In this document: piece by piece, positions 40,558 through 53,869 of the stretch | How the letters are laid out: the number at the start of each line of letters is the position of its first letter | Numbering within the stretch: position 1 is the stretch's first letter | Assembly: GCF_902652985.1 (NCBI RefSeq) | Contig: NC_047025.1 | Location: forward strand, 13,950,001-14,014,000 | Length of the DNA stretch: 64,000 nucleotides | From: Pecten maximus | Taxonomy: Eukaryota | Direction: 5' to 3' | The notes under the pieces: generated by a model | Told to the model about the DNA's origin: nothing | Database searches by the model: none | The model's input: only the letters and a program-made list of their open reading frames with translations | Position numbers and translations under genes: made by a program

Positions 40558-42414
40558 TACATCCTTCAGATGAAGAGAGAAATTAATTAAAAAGTAGCCT
40601 GGAAACTGGAGGTATCTTCCAAATTGACTCTGCATTCAAGAAAGGCGCCTTTATATTGTCTAGGTACAAAATGTACAGCTATTAATGACCAAAAGTGGTT
40701 AACCAACACATGAAAAGATATGCGGAAATGACAACTATCCGTTTAATATTGTATGCGAGCGAAACTGACCTTGAATTTAAGGGTATCTGTATGTACCTTA
40801 CTTATATATGATTACTGTTAAATTTAATTATCTCTCTATTGATTTAGACTTTTTAGCAGTGAAATGTTAAAACTAATCATTATGAACTTGACTAATCATT
40901 ATGAACTTGTCTTGATGAAATATCATTCATGTTCTGATTCATTTTATAGTGATTTACAAGAGAGAAGTACTTGGGATTTTATAGAAACATTACCAGAATT
41001 GTGTTGGGCTTATCACCAGATTTTGTTATATTTCATGTAAAGTACAGTGCCTTATCTTCAGGAAATATGCAAATTCATCAGTGATAGCGGAGGAGTTGGA
41101 CTGATAGGAATGTTAAGTTTCCCCTTGTAATTGTTTATGCATGTATTGATGTAGGCCTTCATTGAAGATTCACCTCAATATTATTGTGACCATCAAAAAG
41201 TCATGTTGACATATCAATATTATTTTCAAATTAAAGTTATACCTGAAATATAATGGTTAAAATTTTTAATAATTAAATTATATTATCATGTTTTTTGTTC
41301 ATTTTTCTACCAATCTAATCTTTTTTCCTCAGTTTTTATTTTTTGTTATTTTGAGAACTTTTTTCTATTTTTTTTTTTTTTTTTGTCTTATACTATTTAA
41401 TTCCTCATCAAACTTATACAAATCATGCGTTTTTGTGGTATTAAGAATTTAAATATAATACATTGTACTCTTTATCCCCCAATTTTCAGAAGAAAAAAAA
41501 AGAAGTTACATGTATATATTCAAAATGTATTAAGTTTAGTTAGTGTGTCTGCCAGTCGATGTCACGCTTTTATCATGATGTAGTCTTACTTTAGTTTCTC
41601 CTCAATAATTTCAATTAAAAAAAAGAAAAGGAAAACTGATTCATTTACAAATGGAGACAATATTATTATAGCTTGTTTTAAGTTACAAATTGTCTATTTG
41701 CATGCTAGCAAGAAATTTGTTTTTCTATTTGATGTGTCTTAGTTTGACATAACATGAAATTTTAAAAATCTGTTTGAAACTTGGAGCAGACCTTAAGATG
41801 TTGTTGAACAACGATACAATTTAATCATTTATTATCATTAATGATAACATTTCTACATATATCACACTAGTACATGTATTTGAAAATGTTCCCCATATTT
41901 CACTTTTTTAATGCTGCTGTACATTGTATATATACAAATGTATATACTTTTCAGTTTATGTAATCATTGATTAATACCATATATGATCATGTGACTAATT
42001 TGCGATCTTCATGTATGAATTTTTAAGCCAACCTCATTACAAATTTATGGTTAAGGTGCATTTTGAATGTCTTTCAATAACAAACTGTTTAAGTCACTAA
42101 ATTATATATTAATTACCCTTTCTATAATTGTTATCACTTTTATGGATAACAGTATGTATCATTTTAACAGTTGAACTTGTATAAAACGCTTTATAGTTTT
42201 ATATTTAGAATAAAATCGATCCTTCAGTAGAAGTAGTGTCCTGTTCTTTTTACAGTGTAATCGGTGATATGCACGGTGTTGCATGGTATTTTAAATCATT
42301 GTGAAATGACCCCAGCACTTTAACCATGATCATAGTGAAATAAAGTAATTTACCATTTTTTTTGATGATTGATTTAAAAAAAAAAGAAATATTTTTCAGT
42401 AAACCTCAATTCAA

Positions 42415-42960
42415 TTAGCTCACCTGGTCTGTCTGTCCATCAAATTGATTTCTTCATAACCGCTGAATGGAATTAAACAAAATTTGACTTGGAGCATCGT
42501 TATTTGGTGGAGATTCAAAATTGTACAAATGGTTGGGCTGACCTCCCAGGGGGCTGAGGGGTGGGGCCAAAAGGGGTCAATTTTGCTACATTTATATAAA
42601 CAACTTCTTCTCTGAAACTAAGCATTAGATATTGCTAATTTTTGACTGGGAGCGTCGTTATCAGGTGGAGATTCAAAATTGTACAAATGAAGGGACTTAC
42701 CCTCCAGGAGGCTGAGGGGCGGGGCCAAAAGTGGTCAATTTATAAACGACTAAATTTGGAATAGATACTTTCATATACAGCAATAAACAGTATTGTCTTG
42801 GGAGTGGATGGCTACATGTGATATAGGCATCATTTCTCAGGAAGTTATATAACAATGAATTTCATATCATTTGAACTTGAGAGTATGGAGTCAGTGGTAA
42901 TGATATATAGTAAAATATGTATTAGTTGTGCGAGTCCTAGGGCCACCAGCCTCCAAGTTT
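42415..42960 (+). mobile_element. Helentron-associated (HINE/DINE-1-like) non-autonomous element, degenerate
   Basis: TTAGCTCACCTG start, (GTCT)n microsatellite, two ~158-bp core repeats (ggtggagattcaaaattgtacaaatg...ggggccaaaag). Confidence 0.65.
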
Positions 42961-43022
42961 TGTGCTTGAATTGCTATGCTAAATTCTAATACTAGATTAT
43001 CTCCCCCTAATATAAAACTGAG

Positions 43023-43140
43023 CACAGGGGCTTGGCACGATTTTCCAAATGATGGTCCATATATATATGTATTATAGTGTCGACACTATAATACATATAT
43101 ATATGGACCATCATTTGGAAAATCGTGCCAAGCCCCTGTG
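43023..43140. mobile_element. Perfect 118-bp palindromic MITE with 8-bp TSD (P-element-like ends)
   Basis: 59-bp arms, no loop, centred on GTCGAC; ends CACAG...CTGTG; AAACTGAG at 43015-43022 and 43141-43148. Confidence 0.9.
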
Positions 43141-43224
43141 AAACTGAGGAATCAAAATCAGACATGCCATAGAGACCAAAATCATCAAGCTCAATTTTAT
43201 TTATAATTTTGATATTCTGGAGAC

Positions 43225-43362
43225 AGCCAGTCCGTTTCTGGTTTCCGGATATAAAATTTCCGTATTCGAGTTCATTCTAATTTTTTTAGTATGAGCTCGA
43301 AGCGTTTAAGTGAGCATGACCGCTAGTTGAATGCATCGGACTTCCGCATACACATTCCGTTG
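43225..43362 (+). promoter_or_regulatory. Candidate promoter and non-coding first exon of DUSP copy B
   Basis: Local CpG enrichment, ETS-like TTCCGG/CTTCCG motifs, consensus donor TTG|GTAAGT at 43362/43363; the first DUSP-B coding exon is preceded by an acceptor at 47500. Confidence 0.4.
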
Positions 43363-43969
43363 GTAAGTTGCAATATTTACTAATCATCAGTAAATAGGGA
43401 TTGCGATAATTTTAGAATATGACTAACGAGTAATGACACTCACATAAACCCATTTAAATGTCTTCGTAAGCTCAGAAGAATAACTGATTTTTGGACTGAA
43501 TGCGTAATGCGCACGGAACTCTGACACTGATTTTCAAGTTACGTTTAGGCTACGCCTATATTACGGTTGAGCTTATGTTGCTTCATTAGGCGCGTTTGGA
43601 TAAACTGTTGTTTGGTTAAATTCAAGCTTCTTATTCCTCGGTTTTTTTACTGTGTGGTGTTTGTGGATAACATCAACGGCATTTCGACAGAAGTTCAGAG
43701 TTTCAACTTGTTTTCAAGATACGTACACTGTACCAGCAAATCTACAACTTAGCCTATGCCAAGCTGAAATTGCAGGAGGTAAATCAATGCACTTAGCATA
43801 TTAAATTATAAATGTACAATACTAATAACTAATACGCTGGCATTAGATCCCAACTTCCCAATATACAAATATAGGTATGCATTTGATGCCTGGAGGTTTC
43901 TTAAGATTCATGACCACACTAGTACTTCTGACATAAAATCACTGTTCAGATTTATTTTACCTGTAAACC

Positions 43970-44323
43970 CAGAGCCCCACTCGATTTGCACTCTTCTCAG
44001 AAGAAAAGCCTTCTAAGAAGATCGCATTCCGTTATAACTAAATCGAGTTAACCGGTAGAATATAGCCAAAAACAAACAAGTTTTTAAGTTTTCTCAAACA
44101 CCATGACACAAACATGTGCATGTATGTGTCATAAATCCTTCTCTAGTGAAACTCATCACTTGCACACTTAAAACATGGTCGCTGCCATCTTGAAAGATAA
44201 ATCTTCCAGCTTTGTGATGGAAGAGGTAGAAGATCTTCCAGAAGCAGAAGACCTACAAATCGAGTGACCGGAAGATATATATATATTCTAGAAGGAGAAG
44301 GGTGCAAATCAAGTGGGGCTCTG
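43970..44323 (-). mobile_element. About 350-bp MITE, copy 2 (inverted relative to 40211-40557)
   Basis: TIRs cagagccccactcgatttgcactcttct / agaagggtgcaaatcaagtggggctctg. Confidence 0.85.
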
Positions 44324-44401
44324 GGCTTCTTAAAGCGACTACGGTAATCACACCTGGCTGTGTATGCCCATGACTACTGAGACAACGCTCTCAGTGAATC
44401 C

Positions 44402-44826
44402 CAATCTAATTAAAATCTAGATGGTCATTCTCACTACGTTACATGAACATCTAACAACATCCCATAATGGGTCACGTCAGGGTGACCTTTTGGATTAGCC
44501 AGTCAAATGACTACTTCCAGAATCTTGGAAGTGAATTTTATATGTCCGAATTAGCATGACTAGAGTGCATAGCTTGTATAATCTGTCAATTTGTTTCAAG
44601 TCATTTCGTCCCAGAAAGCATATAGCTATATACTGTGCCGAAATGGTTTGCTTCATATGCATGCTGTGACGAAATGTTTTGCTTCGATGGCATCGACAAA
44701 TTGCCAATTCGCCCTGAAAGTGAAATACACACATCTCAGATGTCACACTGACGTGACCCCTTATGGGATGTTGTTAGATGTTCATGTAACGTAGTGAGAA
44801 TGACCATCTAGATTTTAATTAGATTG
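44402..44826. mobile_element. Mutator-like (MULE) MITE with ~80-bp TIRs and 9-bp TSD
   Basis: TIR caatctaattaaaatctagatggtcattctcactacgttacatgaacatctaacaacatcccataa... matched in reverse at the right end; AGTGAATCC at 44393-44401 and 44827-44835. Confidence 0.9.
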
Positions 44827-47520
44827 AGTGAATCCTATTGTAACACCGTCATGCTTGACCGAAGACACCATACTGGCTTCAAAACAGGTTTTGCTGGTGA
44901 GGTATTGCATTGGGTATTTAATGAAATTGAAAACCGTGGTTACGTAAGATTCCATTGAAAATGTATACTGTACCTGTAATGGACCCAGGTTACCTTGGAC
45001 TTTTACAATCCAAGGACATACTGTATACAATGCCCAATATTAACAAATCCAATGGCAAAATGTATTTCCTTTCAAAAAAATCCAGAGCCATTTCTGGAAC
45101 TAGCATCATTATAAAAATAAAACAAGTTGTTTATCCATTTTTCTGAAAGGTACTGCTATCAATATTTTACCTGAGTATTGATTATTAGTACCAAAAAATC
45201 ATTGACACATGTACCTACCCACTCTGAAGTGGTCTGTTGTTACATAGGGTAGGTGAGTTTGCAACACTGAAAGTTAAAATCTAAAATGTATTTTTAGATT
45301 CAAGTATAGGAGTACCTTTGTAAATGTCATATGGCTACCCATAGAAAAGTATAATTTTATACCTGTATTGAGATAGATTTTCTTAAAGTTTTTACCTATT
45401 CTTGCTGTAAATGAACCAACCAGTTTGGTTTATTAGGAACAGTTGGTAGGCCTTTGTGAATACAAGAGTGTTCCATTTTCAAAAGAAATTCAGGTAAAAC
45501 CATAGCTAATCTCGCAAACACCATGGTGTTTGTACAAACTATTTCAGTAGCAAGTAATATTAACTGGAAGTCTGTTCATGAACCTATTAATCGTCTATCT
45601 ACTGCATGTATATACGCGTGTATCCAGGGACATACATAGAGGGATTATTAGAGACTCCACTGGTTTGGAGACTGACGTACAATTGTAGCTCACGCTTTTA
45701 TATTTGTGTGCTGAGCCGTGAAGTGTTAGTGTTACCACTCCAGGATTTGGAGGTTCTGCTATGCAGGAGGGATCGAAAGACAACAGAAACAGAAGGTGTG
45801 ATTACCACTATATCACTTCAACTATACCAGCAGACATTAGGTAAAATTGGATGAAAATTGGATAATTTTATCAAATGTCTGCTAATTGATGTAATATTGA
45901 GTTAACTTTTACAAAATCATTTGCTATTAAACTTGATCACAAGCAATGTAAATGTATCCAGCTTTTAATTGATTCAATAAAAAAAAAAAAAATTGGATGG
46001 TCATGAATACTTTTGGAGAAAACTTGTTAGAAATAAACTAAATTTGATGCAAAATTTAAATAATTTTACAACAAAAATATGTTTCAAAAACTTAATCAGT
46101 GCTCGTGAAATTTATTCAGCTTTTTACTAATCCAAAAATAAAAAGACTGGATGAGTATTTTTGGAGAAAACTAGTTCACATCGTTACAAGCAGATAGAGA
46201 CAGTTGCCAATCCCTGTATGTACAGTATGTCCCTGGTGTATCCGTCCATCTGTCCAAAGACATCTTCCTGTGAATTGTGTAATCAATTGAATAGCTACTC
46301 AAATGGAAAATAATTACTTCAAAAATGTTTGATGAATAAACGGCGAGAACTTGAACTTATGCGGGCCACCGAATAACGCCAGAGTCAGTAGATCTATATC
46401 TGCATGTACAAATGTACATTATTATACATCTACCCGATTCCCTTGTACATTTGATCCTAATTTCGTAATGTCACTCATCTAGCGAAGTAAACAACTGCAG
46501 ACACTGTCTTATTGTTTTAACAAGTTGTCACGAACGGCAGATATCAACCGGTATACCATATATAATGCATTGATAATGATGGTATATTGTTACAGTTAAC
46601 TATCTGGATATATAATATAAGTACCTGTATGTGTAGTCCTGGTTCTTCTTCCTTTTCGAGGGTTATGCGATATGCCCCTTTCATAATATTCAAACATGTA
46701 CTGGTCGTAACATCTTGACAGATGAAATACACTGTGTATTGTGTTAATCCCAAAAGTGACATTTTTATAAAAAAAATAAAATTTTGCTGTTGTAGCATGT
46801 ATACTCGATATATACATACTGTTGATTTCCACATTCATATCAGCATGAATAGCATAATAGCTTTGTATTTTTGTTCAGTATTACTGTTGTACATGAATCA
46901 TATATATAATATAACATCATTCAGTTACATGTCAGTTATGTTTTGTAACAGCCAACAGCTGTCTTCTAGACTTTATTACAATGTAAATGTATATTGTCCA
47001 TACTGCTTGTACAGGTATATACTGGGGTTGAATTATATTGCAGAATGACTATCCATAATAACGTTGTCTCTATAATACATTTATTTTGATATCTTCATCG
47101 TAATGTTCATATAAATTAACTTTTGTTTGTGCAGTCTAGTGTATTAATCATATAACAGTGCACAAGTATGTAAAATATTTGATTTAGTTTAAGTGTGTTA
47201 GGTATGTACAAATTATAGCCATGCAGGCTTAATTCTAAACTTTTAAGTGGAACCTGAAAATATTTATGTTTGTAAAATTGTACGAAAGTGTCTTAAAATT
47301 ATCCTAAACAAACTTCAATTACTAGTTTTTGTACCCTGTAATAACAGCGATGATTTTCAAAATAGTAAAGAGTACAACTATACAACCTAATCCAACCTAG
47401 AGATGAGAAAAGTTCTCCAGTTGTATTTGGTTCCGATCACGATTTAAGTGTGTCTATAATGGCAAAGGATGTGGGTTTTAATAAGGTAGTATTATTTCAG
47501 AGGTGAAAACAATACCCAAG

Positions 47521-49751
47521 ATGTCCTACAGTCAAATTACGTTCAGTCGTGTGAGGGAATTTTTGATGAACGCGAACGATTCAAATCTTGAAAGAAGAAC
47601 TCCGATGGGTGCACCGCCAACTGTCATGATGTTTCAGTTTCCAGCTTCACCTAAAGACAATTACAACGAGGTCTATCCTGGAATAATCATTGGTGATAAG
47701 TAAGTTGATTTATTTGTCAACAAACACATTTTTCATACTATTGCAATTATTAAAAGTATGCTAATTAAAATTTGTTTTATTAATACATACTTGTGAATGC
47801 AGCAATTTGTTGCCCTTTTTGCAATTTGTTAAGTATTTGCACGTAAAGGCATGTAGATGTATAATCATGTAAAGGATATATAGAGATAAAATTATAAAAA
47901 TCACCAATAGATTAACTTTTCCTGTAGATATTCAGAATCTGGATCTACTGAATCATTAGTTTATTACTGATTTTGTTTCTATCCCTTTGTATATCCTTCT
48001 TGGTTTTCAAAAGAGAAAAAAATATTTTTCATTTACAAAACCAAGTTTATTTGATTGTATTACTGGTACTACTTATATAAAAAACAGCCAATATATATAG
48101 ACATTAATCTTTTTTGATTAACTACCCAATTCTATACTTATATTTTAGAGAATGTAGCAAGAATAAAAGACATCTGAAGGCTATAGGAGTGACACATGTA
48201 GTCAACTGTTGTCAAGGGATCAAACCGAACCAGATTAACACTGATGTCACTTATTTCCGTGACTCTGGCATAGCATTCCACGGAATACAAGCAATGGATC
48301 ATAGCTCCTATAATATGACTCCTCATTTCAACATGGCTGCTAAATTCATTGACAAAGCATTAGAATCTAATGGTAAGCTGTTGATGATAAAAATGTATTT
48401 GTATGTTCAGTTTCACATGGTATATACATCTATGGAGGCATGCATGGTGGTCTAGTGGTAGGACGCAGGGCTATGTGTCCGAAGGGCCGCTAGTTTATGC
48501 CTCAGCAGTCTGGTGCTGCATTGTATCCTTGGACAAGATACTTTACTCTGTTGTGTTCCTGTCAACTCAGCTGTAAATAACTATGTGGTAGGGCAGTGCA
48601 AGGAATGTCGTTTGTAAGCTGTTAGCGCCAAAATGGCAGCTCCGGCTGTATGCTCCCCAGGGAGTTGAGAAAGACATTGGCTGGTTGATAAAGGCCCAGT
48701 AACCACGGATAATGATTTGTGAACTGCCTTGAGACGGTTATGTTGCTGTGATATAGCAGTATATAAAACTATTAATTATCATTATTATTATATACAAACA
48801 AGATATAGAAAAGCCACACTTCAGTTTCATCTTCGTTTCCTTTGATTTGAAGCAACCCTAATGCTAGAATATCTGATGGGTTATGTAATCAATATAAGAG
48901 CAACAAAGACCAAAAGTAAATCATGATTCTACTAAGTTAAAAAAAATCACAACTGTTAATTGTTTGCTGTTGTTGATAGTTGGAAAAAAAAAATTCAAAA
49001 TATATGTTTTATAAGTATTCCACTACTGATTCCTACCTGGAAGCCAAAGAACTTCTTTGCAATGTTTTGCCCTTGTTTCTGCACCTGTTACAAAGTTTAC
49101 TGCTTATAGTCATGATTATTAGTTTATATTTTTTTCAATTTTAAAATATCTTTCATCTTTGAGGTTTGCTCTGATGCCTAAAAAGTTGAATAAGAATAAG
49201 ATTAAACCTTTTTGTTTACTGCAGACAAAATGTTTTGCAGAAAAACTATTAAAAAACAAAACAAAAAATTAAACATAATTATTTATTTTTAAATACATTA
49301 AAGTGTTATAAAAATATTACATAAAAAATGCTACATGGCAAACAGAGAATAAACAACTTCTTTCACAAAAATGCATGAAATACAGCTAATTAACACCAAC
49401 AAATTAAAGAAAATAATTATTAAATCCTAAATATGATAGCTTCTAAAACCTGAAAGTTAAATTCAACATATAGAGTCAGAATGCGATAGAATTTTTTTTC
49501 AGTATGCAATTAGTTATACATTCTTATTTATACTAATCAACTTATTTTCATTGACAGGTAAAGTCTATGTACACTGTATGATGGGAATAAGTCGATCTGC
49601 CACCATTGTTCTGGCTTTTCTCTTGCTGAAGAGAAACCTACGCCTGATGGAGGCCGTTAAGATGATCCGGGCCAAACGAGAAGTGTTTCCAAATGAAGGA
49701 TTTATCAGACAACTTTGTATACTGGAAAGTACTATACATGAATCACCTTAG
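47521..49751 (+). CDS. Atypical dual-specificity phosphatase (DUSP3/13/26-like), copy B, 198 aa
   Basis: Exons 47521-47699, 48149-48372, 49558-49751 (597 nt); same intron phases and 224-nt middle exon as copy A. NEVYPGIIIG, GVTHVVNC, AMDHSS, VHCMMGISRS, REVFPNEGFIRQL. Confidence 0.93.
48434..48791 (+). mobile_element. CORE-type SINE in DUSP-B intron
   Basis: A box TGGTCTAGTGG; CORE-like ttgtatccttggacaagatacttta; tail tgtgaactgccttgag...ataaaa...(ATT)n. Confidence 0.7.
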
Positions 49752-52470
49752 ATTATGATTGTGTTTATAACTTCATTACATAAATCTGCTAAATAGCAAG
49801 AAAGGAATACCGGAACAAAGTCTGTGAAAGTTGACAATCAATGTAAGGTTGTCAAAGAAATTTTCTTGTTTAAAATTTACTAACTTTGACAGCTGCTTTA
49901 AAAGTTATCCGATGGTTAACATTTTCAGTGTGGCTAAAAGTTTTAAGCAAAACAGACATATTTTTGCAAGCATTATGAAATAGACAATTATTTTTCTCTG
50001 TTATTTTTATTTTAAAGATATCTATATTTCACAAATTTCTTCTTCGATACATTTGTTGGTTTTCTTATCTATTTTTTTGTCCTTGAAAATTTCAAAACAT
50101 TCGTGCCTCTAGTAAAGTAACATTAAAGTTTATAGTGCCTTGGTTATATCAGATTATATATATATTTAAAACATTGATCATTCAAATTTTCATTCAGTTT
50201 CAGGTTTGTCAATTTTTTTTGCATTAGTTTTGTATCTGTTTAATCACTCTGAGTGACACTTGTGAGTTTTATCATCATTAGATTTGTGGAAACCATACAT
50301 TGTTTTATTACATATACATTTATTGATAAGATTAAACTGTGGGTAAATGATTATGCATTATCAGGCAATGGTTGAAATCTTACTCTTGAAAAATAACCAA
50401 AAAACAAAAATGCTCCACTGATTTACTACCTCTAGAGAAATATTTTTTTTGTACTTGAATATATCTCTTATTTTTATGTTCCATACATTTTTATGGAAGG
50501 GGTCAGGGGTGGAGGCATATTGTGTTACCTTATAAGACATGTCTTGTTGTGTTGCGTTCAGTTCCTTTCTGAATCAATGACATATGTTGAGAACAGATTT
50601 GGTCCTTTTTTTGCACATAGTATCAGAATACCCCTAGACCCCTTCTCCATGGGATGCTTTGTGATATATGAGTGGGGCCATCACGTCCTCCAGATATATG
50701 ACAATTAACACATATTTTTATAACATCATCTATGCATACGCTGCCTTCCAGAATGATTGAAAAAATGTTAAAAAGATATATCGTAAGATTACACCCATGA
50801 TTTTACCATTCAAAAAATTATGTTATTCTGTGAAAGATTAACAATATTTCTAAAAAGACATCATTTTACAAAAATGTTGCATTTGTGGATTATTGATATA
50901 TATATCAAATATTGATGGGCTAAAAAAGCATTACCATAAGAAATTAACAGACAAAATACAACACACAATATTCTAAAGATAATTCCTGAATTTTAAAACA
51001 GTTTCTGTGAAGTGTATAGGAATTCTGGATGGCAGTGTATATTATCAATTCTAAGTGCCTCACTACCCTGTACATATGGAAATGACTATGTTATCTATAG
51101 TTGAATATTAGGAAATATAATTTAACCAAGCTTTTGTGAAAATTGATAAATAAAAAACAAAGATACCAGACAAATGATGCGCTCAATTGTTAGGTAGCAC
51201 ATCTTGGATCCTGACATCAAAATAATTCCAATTTCATTTCTGTACCTATGCATCTACAAGTGTCTTAACAGATACTTGCTTTATATGTTTTATACATGTT
51301 ATACCTTAAGACTTGGTAAGATGTAAATGTATTTTGTTATTATTGTTATATGTGATCTCATGTCACTTGTGTAAATGAACCAATTATTTTGTATGTTAGT
51401 GGATTTGAATGACTCTCCAATTCAACAATATTTCTGAAACTATCTCTCATTTTCTTACTCTAACTCGAAAAGTCAAGAAAAATTAAGGAAAAAAGAGAAA
51501 AGAAATAACCTGTCATTTCTAATGCTAGTGAAAGTATTGTTTGATGTTAAAAGGATGGATTTGTGAATGCAATGCTATTATATGTTCCAATACATATTTA
51601 TTAGGGATTATAGTATTGATCAGAAATGTTCTGAAATTTGACCCAAGTTTGAATATCTGGAGTTTATAATGAAATAAAGCTTGAGAAATACTCAGTAAGT
51701 GGTATGTTTAAGTAGTTAATCTAGTCTGACGGTTGGATCGGAATTTCACCAAATGTGGTTGTGTTAAGTGTGCATGCTGTGACATTCCAAATTTTGTTGT
51801 GATAATATAATTATGTTTTACACATGACAATATTTATTCTGTTTGTACATTACATTTTTATACAAACTGTATCTCGGATCTTTAAAAGCCATGTACATGT
51901 ATATTTTTATTATTTTACGTTAATGTTGTAGTTTTATATGTAAATAGAATACTGCTGTGTAAATGATGTGTACTATATATATGTAAATCATTACTTAATG
52001 CACCATCATATATTACCATATGATATAAAATAATGTCAATGATATGTAAAATAATACATTTTACATCGTAGATTTTGTGTTACTGATTTTGCACCAATTT
52101 TGTTATACTAGATTTTACATTGTTTAAAATTTATTTTTGATTAAAGAGCTATATTTCACTGAATATGTATCAGAGTGGTTTATATTAGGGAGATGCTCAT
52201 TGATATTACTGTTTATAACACCTAGAGAGACACCAAGGCACAACTGTAGAACAGAGGCATGCTTCTACCTCAACTCACTGAATGTAATTCTTTGAATAAT
52301 GTCAATAACTAATCTGTTTACAGTGCAAATTTAGGAAAATTATAAAAAAAAAAAACTGGCTCACAAAAGTGTCCATCTTGATTATACAGGATGCCATTAT
52401 CTCTGTTAGTTCAAATTTTCATTAAACTATTTGGTAAAATATATGTTTTAAATACTAACAATAACCCATT

Positions 52471-53028
52471 TGTATGGTGCCTTACCAGCAATGATCAGTC
52501 CTAGGAGAACAAAACAGCTGTATAGAGGCCTTAGCATCACTGACCTAATTCTAGGATGACGAAACAGCTGTATGATGCCCCTAGTATCACTGATGATTCC
52601 TAGGAGGACGAAACAGCTGTATGGTGCCCCTAGTATCACTGATGATTCCTAGGAGGACGAAACAGCTGTTTGCTGCCCCTAGTATCACTGATGATTCCTA
52701 GGAGGACGAAACAGCTGTATGATGCTTCTACTATCACAGCGAGTCCTAGAATGACGAAGAAGCTGTTTGGTGCTCCTAGCATCACTGACACGTCGTAGGA
52801 GGGCAAACAGCTGTATGACGCTCCTAGCTCACTGTGTCGCGTACATCCTAGTAGGACCAACAGCTGTATGGTGCTCTTACTATCACAGACGTCCCAGGAG
52901 AACGAAACTTGCATGGTGCCCCTATTATCACTGATGAGTTCCAAGAGAACGAACAGCTGTATGGAACCCCCTAGCATCACTGACAAGTCCGAGGAGGACA
53001 AACAGCTGTATGGTGCTCCTACTATCAC
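52471..53028. repeat. 49-bp minisatellite, about 11 diverged copies; same family as 11461-11695, inverted
   Basis: Unit tgtatggtgcccctagtatcactgatgattcctaggaggacgaaacagc. Confidence 0.92.
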
Positions 53029-53869
53029 ATACATTAAGATAACAACAGTCCATTCACTTATTTTTTAATATATATTTTCTATAAAGATGCGGTAAATCCC
53101 TGTGCAGGTAAGAATCATTGTTTATTAGTATTTTGTAGTCCTTACTAAGTCAATGTTATAAGGGGAGCCACTGGCAACAGATGTGGCTGCATTATTTGCG
53201 AATATTTCTCATTTGAAACAAACAGCATACTGACAATGAATTGAAACCGTTATTCATAGCTCAAAACCAATAAACCTGGGACAAAATGCGAGGGAAAATA
53301 TAGATTGGCATTGAGAGAGAACAAAGATAATCATACAATATGTTCTTTATTGAAGACAGTCATTATGAAAATCTGAGCCGAACTAAAATATGAAATTGAC
53401 AAATTGAGTGGAAGCTGGGTCGTCACTTTCAAACATAGATGCCTTGATATGAGATTGGGAACAAAGATGATCAAACATATCTAGAGATGGGTTCAGTGGA
53501 ACAAAGTTGGCTGAATTACTACTTGGAACAATTCCTGTATTGATCCTCTATTGGAAACAAAGACTGCTGGAATAACTACTGGAAACGAAGATGGCTGTAT
53601 CATATTCATCCAAAGATGGTAGGATTAGTTTAATTTGGAAGTGAAATAATTAGAGTATCTACTGAAAAGTGAAGCAGCTGATCATGATTTATTTATATTG
53701 GGAAGGAATTTAAGGCGAAGATCATCAACAGGGATTGGAATGTTGTATTATCTGTTAAGAATAACGATGAGTGATTTATCGGTTGGAAACGAAGGTCGAT
53801 GGATAAGGATTTCTACTAAGAACGGAGGTGGCTATATTATCTACGAGGAGCGAAGAAAACAAATGTTGG

